A stretch of 64,000 nt of DNA from Trypanosoma brucei (lineage: Eukaryota): NCBI GenBank assembly GCA_000002445.1, contig AE017150.2:864001-928000 (forward strand), written 5' to 3'. The position numbers and the translations under genes were made by a program. The notes under the pieces are model-generated. The model did not search any database. It was not told where the DNA came from and saw nothing but the letters and a program-made list of their open reading frames with translations. Shown in pieces: positions 51,057 through 61,430 of this stretch. Position 1 is the first letter of the stretch, and the number at the start of each line of letters is the position of its first letter.

Positions 51057-53198
51057 ATGGATGAGCAAAACAGTGAGAGCTCGGATGTGGGGGGCTTACT
51101 TGAAGTTCTCGAAGAGTGTGCGCTTGGTGACTGGGACGTGAGTGCAGATGAGTTGCTGTTAAAGTCGTTGATGACAATGCAGGCGAAGCTTTCCGCCCGT
51201 TTTGACTCTATTCGCGGTATGGTGGACTCCCTTTATGATGAGGCGCGTACGGCCTCGATCCAACTTCAAAACGCCATGAATTCCTTTGCCGTCTTATCAC
51301 AGAGGCAGTTCGTGCAGAACCGTGTGTCGGCAGAAGACGAAGGTAGCGAAAGAGAAACCGAGCCCTCCAAGTCTGATGAAGGCGAGTCAGAGGATAGAGA
51401 AAGGGGTCTTGGGGACGTGGAGGTGAGGGTTGCCCGTATGTGCCAAGAGTGCGTAGACCTTAGCTATCGTGTTCTCAAGAAACGAACAATGCCGTTGCTC
51501 GACGAGGACTCTTCCCTGAGTGAGTATGGTTCGGGGGATGATGAGAGCGAAGGAAGCTCCGCTGAGGTTCGCCGCCCTTCTTGCTCTGAGAATCTCTTCA
51601 TGTCACCCATTACTTCAAGAAAATTTCTCAGCGACCCGTACGGGGGCTACTTTGATAATACTGTCGGCAAAGCAGATTTTACCTCGGGAGGGAGGCGTCG
51701 TCTTGGTGGTTCTACGGGACGAATGGGAAGAGGCTCGCGGCAAAACCCGTCAACGAGATTAGGGGGACCGACGACCGTGCGTCCTGCTGCGCCACCGCCG
51801 TTGCCACCCACTCCCCCACCGGTTCAGATGGCGAAGGCGAAAGGGACTTTGCCCCCACCACCTCCACCGATGCCCACAGGAAAGCTTAAGGCTCCCCCGC
51901 CTCCACCGCCACCGTTTGCGTCGATTGCTGGAAAGACGAGGGCACCCCTGCCACCGCCACCCCCTGCGCCTACTGGAAAGACTCAGGCCCCAGCAGCTCC
52001 ACCCCCTGCGCCTACTGGAAAGACTCAGGCTCCAGCAGCTCCACCCCCTGCGCCTACTGGAAAGACTCAGGCCCCAGCAGCTCCACCCCCTGCGCCTACT
52101 GGAAAGACTCAGGCTCCAGCAGCTCCACCCCCTGCGCCTACTGGAAAGACTCAGGCCCCAGCAGCTCCACCCCCTGCGCCTACTGGAAAGACTCAGGCTC
52201 CAACAGCTCCACCCCCTGCGCCTACTGGAAAGACTCAGGCTCCAGCAGCTCCACCCCCTGCGCCTACTGGAAAGACTCAGGCTCCAGCAGCTCCACCCCC
52301 TGCGCCTACTGGAAAGACTCAGGCCCCAGCAGCCCCGCGTGTCGCCGCACAGACGCAAAAGCAGCAGGCAAAAAAAGGTGTAGCTGCGTTTCTCGACTCT
52401 TCCGACAGTTCGGACGGGTCAGAAGCGAAACCATGTGCGGGGGCTGTGGTAAGACCGGGTCTGGCAGCTCCTTCGCTTGTACGAGAGAATTCAACGCTCC
52501 CGTCACCCGCACCAGTGCTAAGCATGAAGAGGCCACCTGCTGCTTCATCGGGAAAGGGAAAGGTTGCCCTGTTCGACTCGAGCTCGGATAGTGACGAAGA
52601 AAACTCTGGTGTGCGAGCAGCCACTTTCACTGAGAAGGATGACCAACAGTTCCCTAAGGGAGGGGTGGGTGCTGGTGATTTGGCGCGCAAAGGCTCTCCG
52701 AGGGGGGTTCCGAGTCGAGCAACGAGCGGCAGTAGGGTCGGTCCAACTGACCAACAGAAGCTGATATCACCAGTGGGCAGCCCGCGGAGCAGGCGTCCAA
52801 TCTTTTCTAGTTCAAGCGGCAGCTCTCCGGAAGCGACTCCACCGAGGGCGAGTATCAAACAAACCGGTTGCCGAGGTGCGGCTCTCGGGGTATCCAGTAC
52901 CGCACAGGTAGGCGGCGGTAATAACCAAAGCACAACCGCAAAACCTCTCCCAACCACATTTCAATCTGTCGAGAGGAGTGTTCCAGCGTCTCCACCGCCG
53001 CCAGAAGGAGTGCGTGCTAGGAGTGAGGCCGCACCTGCACAGTCGCCCGATGCCGCAGCCAATGTGATGCCTATTGTGAAGACGGAAACTCAACCACAAG
53101 GTGATGACAAAGAGCAGCATACTGCTGCGCCCCTGAAGGTGATACCCAATGTAGCCTTCAGCAAGCGTAAAATAAGCGATAGCGATTCCGACAATTAG
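51057..53198 (+). CDS. proline-rich protein with 9 tandem APTGKTQAPAAPPP repeats (FH1-like polyproline region) and acidic LFDSSSDSDEE motifs
   Basis: 713-aa ORF. PPPPPP runs precede a near-perfect 14-aa repeat array. No FH2 or WH2 domain is recognisable downstream. Confidence 0.6.
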   Translation: MDEQNSESSDVGGLLEVLEECALGDWDVSADELLLKSLMTMQAKLSARFDSIRGMVDSLYDEARTASIQLQNAMNSFAVLSQRQFVQNRVSAEDEGSERETEPSKSDEGESEDRERGLGDVEVRVARMCQECVDLSYRVLKKRTMPLLDEDSSLSEYGSGDDESEGSSAEVRRPSCSENLFMSPITSRKFLSDPYGGYFDNTVGKADFTSGGRRRLGGSTGRMGRGSRQNPSTRLGGPTTVRPAAPPPLPPTPPPVQMAKAKGTLPPPPPPMPTGKLKAPPPPPPPFASIAGKTRAPLPPPPPAPTGKTQAPAAPPPAPTGKTQAPAAPPPAPTGKTQAPAAPPPAPTGKTQAPAAPPPAPTGKTQAPAAPPPAPTGKTQAPTAPPPAPTGKTQAPAAPPPAPTGKTQAPAAPPPAPTGKTQAPAAPRVAAQTQKQQAKKGVAAFLDSSDSSDGSEAKPCAGAVVRPGLAAPSLVRENSTLPSPAPVLSMKRPPAASSGKGKVALFDSSSDSDEENSGVRAATFTEKDDQQFPKGGVGAGDLARKGSPRGVPSRATSGSRVGPTDQQKLISPVGSPRSRRPIFSSSSGSSPEATPPRASIKQTGCRGAALGVSSTAQVGGGNNQSTTAKPLPTTFQSVERSVPASPPPPEGVRARSEAAPAQSPDAAANVMPIVKTETQPQGDDKEQHTAAPLKVIPNVAFSKRKISDSDSDN
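51955..52335 (+). repeat. 42-bp tandem repeat, about 9 copies (gctccaccccctgcgcctactggaaagactcaggcYccagca), coding
   Basis: Read directly from the sequence. Copies differ only at synonymous C/T positions and by one A-to-T codon change. Confidence 0.9.
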
Positions 53199-53440
53199 GT
53201 TTATTCAGTTGCAGGAAACACAAATGTGGGTAAAAGACCCATACTGTGAGAAATACTTGATCTTTGCTGTTACCTCGGTACCTCTTTTTGATTTAAAAAA
53301 AAGTTAATGAACTCCTTTCAGATGGGTACAGGTATGCTTTCTTCTTTCCATTTACGGTCTTTCTTTTCTTTGCTTTTTCGTTGATTTTTGTGGCGTGCGT
53401 ATGCCGTCGGTGTGGGATGGGCGGCAAGTGAGGGGCCGGT

Positions 53441-54184
53441 GTGTTGAAAACTGGCCATATGCCATGGAACCTTCAAGGCCGGGTCGCAGTTGTGGTTGGA
53501 GCTTCGTCCACCGTTGGTCGGCAAGTGGCTTCACGGCTTGCTGATGAGCACCGTATGCGATTGGCGTGCGTTTCCAGAAGGGGTTGCGGTAGCTCCCTTC
53601 CGTCGGGGTGCGTCGCATTCAAAGCGGATCTCACAGTCGCACCAGAGTCCGACACTGTAATGAAGCAAGTGAAGGAAACACTTGGTCCTGTTTCTCTCCT
53701 TGTAAACTGCGCGGGAGTCACGCTCAACAAAATTCATGTGCGTTGCACAGACACGGACTACGATGTACTTATGAATGTCAACCTACGGGGAGCGCTCCAC
53801 ATCACGCGTTCAGCACTCCGTCATGGTGGCATGCTTCAGGTAGGGGACGGCTCTGTTGTACACATCGGGTCTCTCGTGGGTTGTATGGGCAATGAGGGTC
53901 AGGTTATTTACTCCGCTTCGAAAGCAGCACTGAGTGGCGCAGTGAAGTCGTGGGCGCGTGAGTATGGCCCAAAGAACATTCGCTTTAATGTCATTGCCCC
54001 TGCGTTAATTGAAGGCGAAGGAATGGCCACAACGTTGACGGAGAATCAAATCGAAGAGTGGCGGCAGCGCTGTCCGCTACGGCGTTTGGCTACGGTAACT
54101 GACGTAGTTGATGCAGTTGTGGGTGTAGCATGCTGCCCCTTTATCAGTGGGCAGACTATACATGTAGATGGGGGAATGTGGTGA
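53441..54184 (+). CDS. short-chain dehydrogenase/reductase (3-oxoacyl-ACP reductase FabG-like)
   Basis: Cofactor-binding motif VVVGASSTVGRQVA. NCAG. Catalytic YSASK. IRFNVIAPALIEG. C-terminal GQTIHVDGG. Confidence 0.85.
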   Translation: MLKTGHMPWNLQGRVAVVVGASSTVGRQVASRLADEHRMRLACVSRRGCGSSLPSGCVAFKADLTVAPESDTVMKQVKETLGPVSLLVNCAGVTLNKIHVRCTDTDYDVLMNVNLRGALHITRSALRHGGMLQVGDGSVVHIGSLVGCMGNEGQVIYSASKAALSGAVKSWAREYGPKNIRFNVIAPALIEGEGMATTLTENQIEEWRQRCPLRRLATVTDVVDAVVGVACCPFISGQTIHVDGGMW

Positions 54185-54332
54185 CGGAGCCCCTTACCGG
54201 TGCCATTGCGGAGACGAACAGCGATTAAATCGTTTTATTCTGCTTTGGTGCGCAATGGTTCTGCGGATGCGTACAATTGTGTACAAGACAGTGCTTGTTT
54301 GGCGGAATGGTGTGCGTTGAAACGTGTGATGG

Positions 54333-55496
54333 ATGCATTCCAATTACCTAAACCCAGATTTCTTTTTTGTTATCTGCTTCTATTCTACCTTTGTTTCATT
54401 ACTTTGTAGGCACTGTTGGTGCAAGACTATCCGTAAGCGGATGCGGTTGAGTGTTTCGGGGCGGTCTTCCGCTCGATCGGGAATGAGTAGTGACACACGG
54501 CTCCCCGCTGCAGTCTTAGAGAGAGAGACGAAGGTGATTAACTACAGCCACTCCACTTCACGGGCCATGGCGGCTCAACTGGAGAACTGTGTCCGGTTGA
54601 TCCGCGGCTACCAAGCGTCGTTGCAGTACTGCAACGAAGAAATCGAGGGGGCGTTGCTATCTCTTGGCGTAGCTACGACCCACTCACTGATTTCCTCCAT
54701 TACTTCCGTTATGGAGGGCTTAGACACTCTCTCCGGGGTGTGCAGGGCCATGCACGAGGGGTACAACGAAGAGGTGCGACATCGCGAGGATCTGCATACC
54801 TCGCTGACAGGAGCGTATATATCCTTAAAAGAGCTCCACGAAGCCACTGAGAATGAGTTGAGAGAAGTTGTTGCGGAACGCGACCGAAAAGTGGCGGCAT
54901 TCGGGAAGGCCGTTGCCTACGTTGAGGCTGTGGTTGCGGAAAGGATGCTCTGGCAGGAGGCGAACGGCTACAACTGCGCCGGTCTTCCAGTTGTGGAAAT
55001 GTCTTTTTCTGAGAGCTGCCACGAAGCGCTTAGAAAGTTTGATGATACAGTGTCTGAAGCACAGGGTGAAGGACACAGCAACGCAGAAAGCCTGCTAGCG
55101 TCCACAGATGTCCCCCAAACACTCGCAAAGCGTTGGGACAATGTCGAGAACTTGCGACACACGAATGGACTGCCATCCGCTCGTGTTCTATATGTTCCAC
55201 CGAAGGATGAGGTTGAGTTACTGCGCAATGTGCTGGAGATGGGTACAGGAGACCGCGCATTAATGTGGGACGTCCAGCAGAGAGAAAGGGCGCTCCAGGA
55301 TTCATTAACAAACATACATGTGTTCGGGCACTCATGTCTGAAGGCACTCCACAGTATGCGAGAAGAACTCGCTGAATTTCGGCAGTGGTTCTTAACGATA
55401 GACCGGAAGTGCGAACCAATCGTCGTGGCGATGAGGAAACTCGGGAACGGAGTTTGTGGATTAAGCAGCGCTTCGGATAAGAATCTCCCACATTGA
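54333..55496 (+). CDS. hypothetical coiled-coil protein
   Basis: 387-aa ORF in PTU orientation. The start is probably an internal Met (MRLSVSG or MSSDTRL). Confidence 0.4.
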   Translation: MHSNYLNPDFFFVICFYSTFVSLLCRHCWCKTIRKRMRLSVSGRSSARSGMSSDTRLPAAVLERETKVINYSHSTSRAMAAQLENCVRLIRGYQASLQYCNEEIEGALLSLGVATTHSLISSITSVMEGLDTLSGVCRAMHEGYNEEVRHREDLHTSLTGAYISLKELHEATENELREVVAERDRKVAAFGKAVAYVEAVVAERMLWQEANGYNCAGLPVVEMSFSESCHEALRKFDDTVSEAQGEGHSNAESLLASTDVPQTLAKRWDNVENLRHTNGLPSARVLYVPPKDEVELLRNVLEMGTGDRALMWDVQQRERALQDSLTNIHVFGHSCLKALHSMREELAEFRQWFLTIDRKCEPIVVAMRKLGNGVCGLSSASDKNLPH

Positions 55497-55975
55497 AGTG
55501 GCGCGAAATGTCTTTGCTGTAAAGTATTTATGAGGCCAACTCGTCTCCTGCGGTATGTGTGAGTCAATGGGAGCATCCGTTTTCGTTGTTGCGGGGCGGG
55601 TGCAAGGCTGGATGGAGGGAGTAAATATACTTATGTAGAGCCTACACCGACCGAAAGAGGGCGGGCAGTTTGCGTGTCAAAAAAAGCAAAAACTTTGCGT
55701 CGCGAACCTCGCGTTGCCTCCTCTCTTGCTCGTTCTATTAACCCACACTGAGCGTTTCTCATCTTGTTTTTGATGTTTGCCCGCCTTACGCTGTTTTCTT
55801 TTTCTTTTTCGTTGGAACCGTCAAGGCGCTGAGACACTTTGCTTTCTCCTAAACTTGTGCACCCTTCCCCTCCCTAGTGGCGGGCAACTTTTTTCACGCA
55901 TCCTTTTTCTTGCCCATATCCTCCATCATACGGGACGTGTTTGACGTCGGCCTTTACCAGAACGCCAACAGTGGA

Positions 55976-56818
55976 GAAATGGAGCGGTACAAGCTGCGCC
56001 CATACCCGTCCGCCCGCACTCCGAGCAGTGCTCTGTACCTCTGCGTTGACCAACTGACTGAAAGGGAGCTTGCCGTGAAGGTTATCGGCAAAGGGAACCC
56101 ATCGGCTGATCGCAGGGTCCGGCGGTTGCTTCATGGAGTTCAAATGGTTGCGCGCGCAGGGCCACATCAAAACCTTATCGCCGTCCACGGTGTCTACGAT
56201 TCCGATGGTAATGTATATGTGTTTATGGACTACGCGGAGGGTGGAACGTTATTGAACTACATAAAGCGTCGAGGGCCACTCCCAGAGGGAGTTACTATTC
56301 AGGTTGTAAGACAGCTGTTGGAAGCACTTGCGCACCTCCACGGCCGAGGTGTAATGCATCGCGACATTAAAGCAGAGAACATCCTAATTCGTGAGCCCAC
56401 GGAAGGGAGGAAGCCCCTGGGGCGTGTGTGCATCTGTGATTATGGTTTCGCGACGTGCTCAACCCCAACAAACGAGTGCGTGGGTTCTCCAGGGTACTGT
56501 GCTCCGGAGATAGCTCTAATCGGAATCACGCAAGGACCGAAGGCGGATGAGAATGGCTACTGTTACGATGAGAAGTGTGACATTTGGTCATTGGGAGTCA
56601 CTACGTATGCAATGTTAAGCGGACAGCTCCCCTTTACCGGAGGCACACCAACAGATGTGTTTAAAAGTATCCTTCGGGATAGCGTGCCATTCAGTTCCCC
56701 CACGTGGGGTAATGTAAGCCACGAGGCAAAGAAGTTTGTTCTTTACCTGATGACCTTCAAGGCAAGTAACAGGCCTTCTGCCCGAGCGGCACTGGGGCAC
56801 CCTTGGTTAGTTGTGTAA
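55976..56818 (+). CDS. serine/threonine protein kinase (CAMK-like catalytic domain only)
   Basis: VAVKVI, HRDIKAENIL, DYGFA, GSPGYCAPE and DIWSLGV subdomain motifs. Confidence 0.85.
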   Translation, partial: EMERYKLRPYPSARTPSSALYLCVDQLTERELAVKVIGKGNPSADRRVRRLLHGVQMVARAGPHQNLIAVHGVYDSDGNVYVFMDYAEGGTLLNYIKRRGPLPEGVTIQVVRQLLEALAHLHGRGVMHRDIKAENILIREPTEGRKPLGRVCICDYGFATCSTPTNECVGSPGYCAPEIALIGITQGPKADENGYCYDEKCDIWSLGVTTYAMLSGQLPFTGGTPTDVFKSILRDSVPFSSPTWGNVSHEAKKFVLYLMTFKASNRPSARAALGHPWLVV

Positions 56819-57220
56819 GAAAGTTTGCGCACTGGACGTGCGGGAAAGGAATTACATGTGCAAATGTTTAGGAATTTGCTTTCACCGAGGCTCCACCTAA
56901 GGGGAGGAGTGATGACGTGGAGACAGTATCTGAGTAGGGGCATGCACCTCTCTTGTGTATAGTGACTAACGGATTTCTTGCGGGTGTACTTTAGGTCTGC
57001 AGATGGGGGACCTCCAAAAATGGGTCTGCCAACACTAGCTACTACCTTTTCCTCTTTCTTTTTCCACTCACACCGCTGGTTTCTCCAGTCTTTTCCTTGC
57101 ACCAACAATCATCACCGAAAGATACTCCTGTTTTCGCATCACTACCCTGAAGGAGCACTACAAAGGAGGAGAGAAGGCCAAGGAGGGGGTGAAAGAGGAG
57201 GGGGAGGGGCGCAGTAAAGT

Positions 57221-58750
57221 ATGTTTTGTTGCATTTCTAACTGTGTGCCGCACGAACCGGTGGTCTCACGCTCCTCCGGCTGCTTGTACGAGCGGTCGCT
57301 GATTGAGAAGTATATTGCAGAGCACGGATGTTGTCCAATAACTGGTGAGGCTCTTCACAAGGAGGATCTCATTGCAGTGCGCCGGACACCTCTGACGGGT
57401 GCAACTTTTGTGGCGGATGAAACTGTGCCTGCATTGCTTGCGAAGTTGCACTCGCAGTGGGATGCCATTATGCTTGAGCAGTTCGCACTGCGACAGCAAT
57501 TGACACAAACACAACAAGAGCTGGCTCAGGCTCTTCACCAATACGAAGCGGCGTGCCGAGTAATTGCGACATTTCTCAGTGACGGCAAGGCGGAGGAGGA
57601 CACACGCGTGGTAGAACAAACTGAGTCAGGCGCAGGGGATGGTAGCAGCGAAGGAAACCGTGTGGATGAAGAAAGAATTGTCTTACCCGGTGAGGTTGTC
57701 CGGGAACTGGAGGAACACGACTCCGCGCAGCGGCAAAGGCGGAGGACCCGGTCGATGCCAACTACATTGGCGACGCTGCAGTGTGTGCAGGGCTTCACAG
57801 AGCGGAATTCCGTCCATTTGGGGAGAGGAGCATGCGGCGTCAGCCGTCTGGTGTGTGGCAATGTTTTTGTTGGTTTGGACAACGCAGCTATAATACGCTG
57901 CGATGTACGAGGTGGGCAGGTGCAGACCGCGGGTGTCGGTCACGAAGGAGCGGTTCGTCATGTTGTCGCCATGTCGGGGTCTTGCGGTGACGGTAATACC
58001 AGCAACGGCACTCTCCGCGTAATATCTGGATCAGACGATGCATCGTTGCGTTTCTGGGCGTCTGAGGGAGAGGTATTGGTTTGTCAAGGCGTAGTGCGAC
58101 ACCATAAGGGAGGGATCGTTGGTCTCCGCAGTCTCACATCTGGCCGCTTGTTCCTATCCGCAAGTTCTACAGAGGTTGGGCTGGTCGATGCGGTTCGATT
58201 GGATTCTGTTGTGTGCGTCAACGGGGCAACAATGGGATTTTCGCGAATAATCAGTCTGGACGCACATCCGTACGGGGCACTGGCGGCAATAGGAGTGGAA
58301 GGAGCGGGCTTTTGTATATGGTCCACTGCTTACATGTGCGTGGACACCACCGTTTCGCTGAAGGGCAAGGGTGACGTGTGCAGTATTGCTTTTAACGGGG
58401 ACTGCTTCACCCTAGCCACCGGTCTGCGCGATGGAAAGGCTCTGTTATGGGACCTCAGAAATTTGTCCACACCTTTCCGTGAAATATTGCCGGAAGCAAC
58501 CGCGCTAAAGGGATCAGCTCTCAGTGGTGCAGTCTGTACCGTTGCCTTCGATGACTACGGCAAGTATTTAGCCGTAGGCGGGTGCCACACCCGCCTGTAC
58601 GACTGGGCGGCGCCATCTGAAGGTCAACAGGAGTTGTGTACGCTGAACACAGGCCCACAGTCGGTTGCTGGCATCCTTTGGGACGTTGATGCGCAAGGGC
58701 TTGTTAGCTGCAGTGTAGATGGTGTGGTGAAGGAGTACAGATCAACATGA
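57221..58750 (+). CDS. PRP19: pre-mRNA processing factor 19 (PRP19/PSO4; U-box E3 ligase with WD40 repeats)
   Basis: The N-terminus MFCCISNCVPHEPVVSRSSGCLYERSLIEKYIAEHGCCPITGEALHKEDLIAV aligns residue-for-residue with the PRP19 U-box. The coiled coil QWDAIMLEQFALRQQLTQTQQELAQALHQYEAACRVIA and C-terminal WD repeats are present. Confidence 0.9.
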   Translation: MFCCISNCVPHEPVVSRSSGCLYERSLIEKYIAEHGCCPITGEALHKEDLIAVRRTPLTGATFVADETVPALLAKLHSQWDAIMLEQFALRQQLTQTQQELAQALHQYEAACRVIATFLSDGKAEEDTRVVEQTESGAGDGSSEGNRVDEERIVLPGEVVRELEEHDSAQRQRRRTRSMPTTLATLQCVQGFTERNSVHLGRGACGVSRLVCGNVFVGLDNAAIIRCDVRGGQVQTAGVGHEGAVRHVVAMSGSCGDGNTSNGTLRVISGSDDASLRFWASEGEVLVCQGVVRHHKGGIVGLRSLTSGRLFLSASSTEVGLVDAVRLDSVVCVNGATMGFSRIISLDAHPYGALAAIGVEGAGFCIWSTAYMCVDTTVSLKGKGDVCSIAFNGDCFTLATGLRDGKALLWDLRNLSTPFREILPEATALKGSALSGAVCTVAFDDYGKYLAVGGCHTRLYDWAAPSEGQQELCTLNTGPQSVAGILWDVDAQGLVSCSVDGVVKEYRST

Positions 58751-59103
58751 TAAATTATTAAGCGGGTGGATGGGTGTAACTGTTAGCGAGGATCACTTGA
58801 GGGATGGCAGTGCGAGCCCACACTGTTGGTGCCCCTATCTCTGTGTACGCACTTTTCCGCTTGTCAGCACCAAGTAATCACTAATGTGAATGGGAAGGTA
58901 CAAAAAAATAGTGTTACCGCTCGTGCCAGACACTCTTGATATGCATCTATGCATAAGTGTTTTATATGCAAGGTTCTTCAATTTGCTCTGACTTTTTTCT
59001 GTTCGGCTATTATTCTTACACATCTCTGCCATTCTCCTAATCTGCTTGCTGACATCTGTGTTTTTTTTTAGGTGGTGTCTGCGCTGTTAGCCACCATCGA
59101 GGG

Positions 59104-60285
59104 ATGAGTGAGTTCCCGTTGGTGTCACCTAACGTGGATTCTGATCGTCCCCCCTTAGGTGCGGCACCCCGTTTCTTCCTTGGAGAGTCGAACTTCAGCG
59201 TGTATGAAGAAATGGCCAGGCAATTGAAGGAAATGGGGTGGTGCGAAGTGCGGTCGAAAGGTTGGCTCCCGACGTGTGATGTCATTTTGGGAGATCGCTT
59301 CACAATTCCATACCCACTGCTTCGCTGCGAGTGCTTACCACCTACTTCACGTTACAGCGGCAGCAGGTGGCTAAATTATTTTCGAGGATCGCACCGGCTG
59401 ACGTTAAAGGCATCCATGGCACGCCTGTTGCAGAAGGCTGACAGCACCTGCGGAGAGTGGATGCCGCGGTCATATGTTCTTGGTGGTGATCAAGAGCGAC
59501 GGAAGGACGATAGAGAAGCTTTCCTGGAGCACGCAGTGAGGGACCCCACTCAAGTGTGGATCATCAAACCGAGCAGTGGCTGCAAGGGAAAGGATATTGT
59601 GTTGACACGCAGCGTGGCGGAGCTTGAAGTTTTCATCTCGGAGTTGGACCCGAAGTGCCGCAGAATATACTTGGTACAGCAGTACGTTCAGCGTCCGCTG
59701 CTCTATCGAGGGAGGAAGTTTGACATGCGCGTTTGGGCGCTGCTGAAATCGCCGTACACAATATATGCCTTTACAAAGGGAAGTTGTCGCACTTCCAGTA
59801 GTCCGTATGACCCAGACGACATCGAAGACTATCTCGTTCACCTCACAAATCACTGCCTACAGGAAGATGCTCCGGAGTTTGGACAGTACGAGGAAGGCAA
59901 CGAGTTATGGTTTGAGGAAGTCGGTGCTTACTTGCATGAAGTTTACCGAAAGCGAGTCCTTGAGGACCGCATCCTGCCACAGATTGCTAGCATCATTATT
60001 CGTACACTGCTAGCCGCGCGGGCAGAGCTTCAAGTGCTGGAAAACGAACCCTATCAATGCTTCCAGTTGTTTGGTTACGATGTCATCGTGGACGAGGGGT
60101 TAAGCGTAATGTTATTGGAGATAAACGGATCGCCGGGGGTCGCGAGCAAGTATTTGCAGCCACTAGTACGCGAGATAATTAAACTCGTCGATGGAGGCGA
60201 GGCGTTGAACGAGTGGGACGTTGATGCGGTTGGATTTGTAAAACTCTGGGCGGAGGGCGATGAATTGCCTATCGGGAGCACGTGA
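59104..60285 (+). CDS. tubulin-tyrosine ligase family protein (TTL/TTLL)
   Basis: WIIKPSSGCKGKDI, YLVQQYVQRPLL, KFDMRVWAL and FQLFGYDVIVDEGLSVMLLEINGSPG are ATP-grasp TTL signature blocks. Confidence 0.85.
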   Translation: MSEFPLVSPNVDSDRPPLGAAPRFFLGESNFSVYEEMARQLKEMGWCEVRSKGWLPTCDVILGDRFTIPYPLLRCECLPPTSRYSGSRWLNYFRGSHRLTLKASMARLLQKADSTCGEWMPRSYVLGGDQERRKDDREAFLEHAVRDPTQVWIIKPSSGCKGKDIVLTRSVAELEVFISELDPKCRRIYLVQQYVQRPLLYRGRKFDMRVWALLKSPYTIYAFTKGSCRTSSSPYDPDDIEDYLVHLTNHCLQEDAPEFGQYEEGNELWFEEVGAYLHEVYRKRVLEDRILPQIASIIIRTLLAARAELQVLENEPYQCFQLFGYDVIVDEGLSVMLLEINGSPGVASKYLQPLVREIIKLVDGGEALNEWDVDAVGFVKLWAEGDELPIGST

Positions 60286-60576
60286 GGTAGATCCAAGGCC
60301 GTGGTTCGATCACCACAGCTGCACCTTTGGGTTCCAAAACAATCGCTTCCCTCTTGTCGTTTCCATTCTTCTTCCCCTAACATTTTTCCACTTATGCTGT
60401 TGTATGCGTATGTTTGTATTTATAGAGATAGATCGGTGGCGGATATATTAAAAGCAGCGCTTTTGTGTCTCTTGTGCTCACCCTCATTGAGCGCGGGCGT
60501 ACCTTATCCCTTCCCCCCGTCTCCCTTTCTTTTTAATAATAATAATTCCAATTACCTCTTCGTTTAGGTACACGGT

Positions 60577-60951
60577 ATGTCTGGTGGTGTTAATCCCACT
60601 GTTCGCCTCAGCGCCACCGCTGGTGGAGGCACTGGCACCGCAGGCAACAATGAGCAGGCGCCACAGCCGAGTGATGCCTCAGTGTCCAAACCGCAACCGA
60701 TAATGTCACGCGCCGCACGGAGACGTGCAAAGAAACCACCGGTTATTGTAACCCCTCAAATGCGGGAAGACGCACGGGAGAGGTTGAGGGAGCTACGGAA
60801 GTACCACCGGTTGCTGAAATCTAACGGAGCGCGCCGGAAGTTGGCGAAGCTTCGCGCACAGAAGCGCCAAAGGGATGTGAACCCCGTGGATGAGGTCTGC
60901 GCCCGTTTCGACACCGACTGTAGACCGCGAAAGAAGAGTCGGCGTGAGTAA
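60577..60951 (+). CDS. small basic hypothetical protein (124 aa, Lys/Arg-rich)
   Basis: ORF in PTU orientation. Strongly basic C-terminal half. Confidence 0.3.
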   Translation: MSGGVNPTVRLSATAGGGTGTAGNNEQAPQPSDASVSKPQPIMSRAARRRAKKPPVIVTPQMREDARERLRELRKYHRLLKSNGARRKLAKLRAQKRQRDVNPVDEVCARFDTDCRPRKKSRRE

Positions 60952-61430
60952 AAGCAGAAGATGCGGTAGCAGCAGCGACAGAAGCTCGAGACAAAAGGTG
61001 GAGGCACCGAACTGCTGGCCGTAAGGAAGGCGCCTTGGGGGCAGCGAAAGGCGCAAAAGTAAAAAAAACAAAGAGGAGTGGGCATGAAATTGCTAGTGGT
61101 GGGGTTCTTTCCATACTAGTGGGCGGAGCTGCGGGCTATTTTTCTTCTGCATGGGGTCGTCAGTTCTGCGAAAAAAAATAATATCATCCTGAGGCGCTGC
61201 TGCACGCACCCTCGCGTGAAGAACCCCAATATGTATTCGGTTAAAATCGCTTTAATTGATTTGTTGTTTCTAGTGCAGACTGCTGCACCGCGGCCCATAC
61301 CCTTCCCTCCAAGGTTTCCTTTTCACCTGTTGTTTCTCGTATTGCAAATCTCCTCTCCACTTTGTTACTGGCTTGGGTAGGATCTACATATAGAGAGAAC
61401 ACGTGTGGGTATTGGTGTCTGCAGTGAGAA

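Noticed and set aside
51759-52383. Antisense and alternative-frame ORFs (199 aa RRRGWSCWSLSLSS... and 155 aa LERLRPQQLHPLRL...) across the 42-bp repeat array
   Set aside because: Any tandem repeat whose length is a multiple of 3 is open in several frames. The sense frame giving the proline-rich protein is contiguous with the flanking unique coding sequence.
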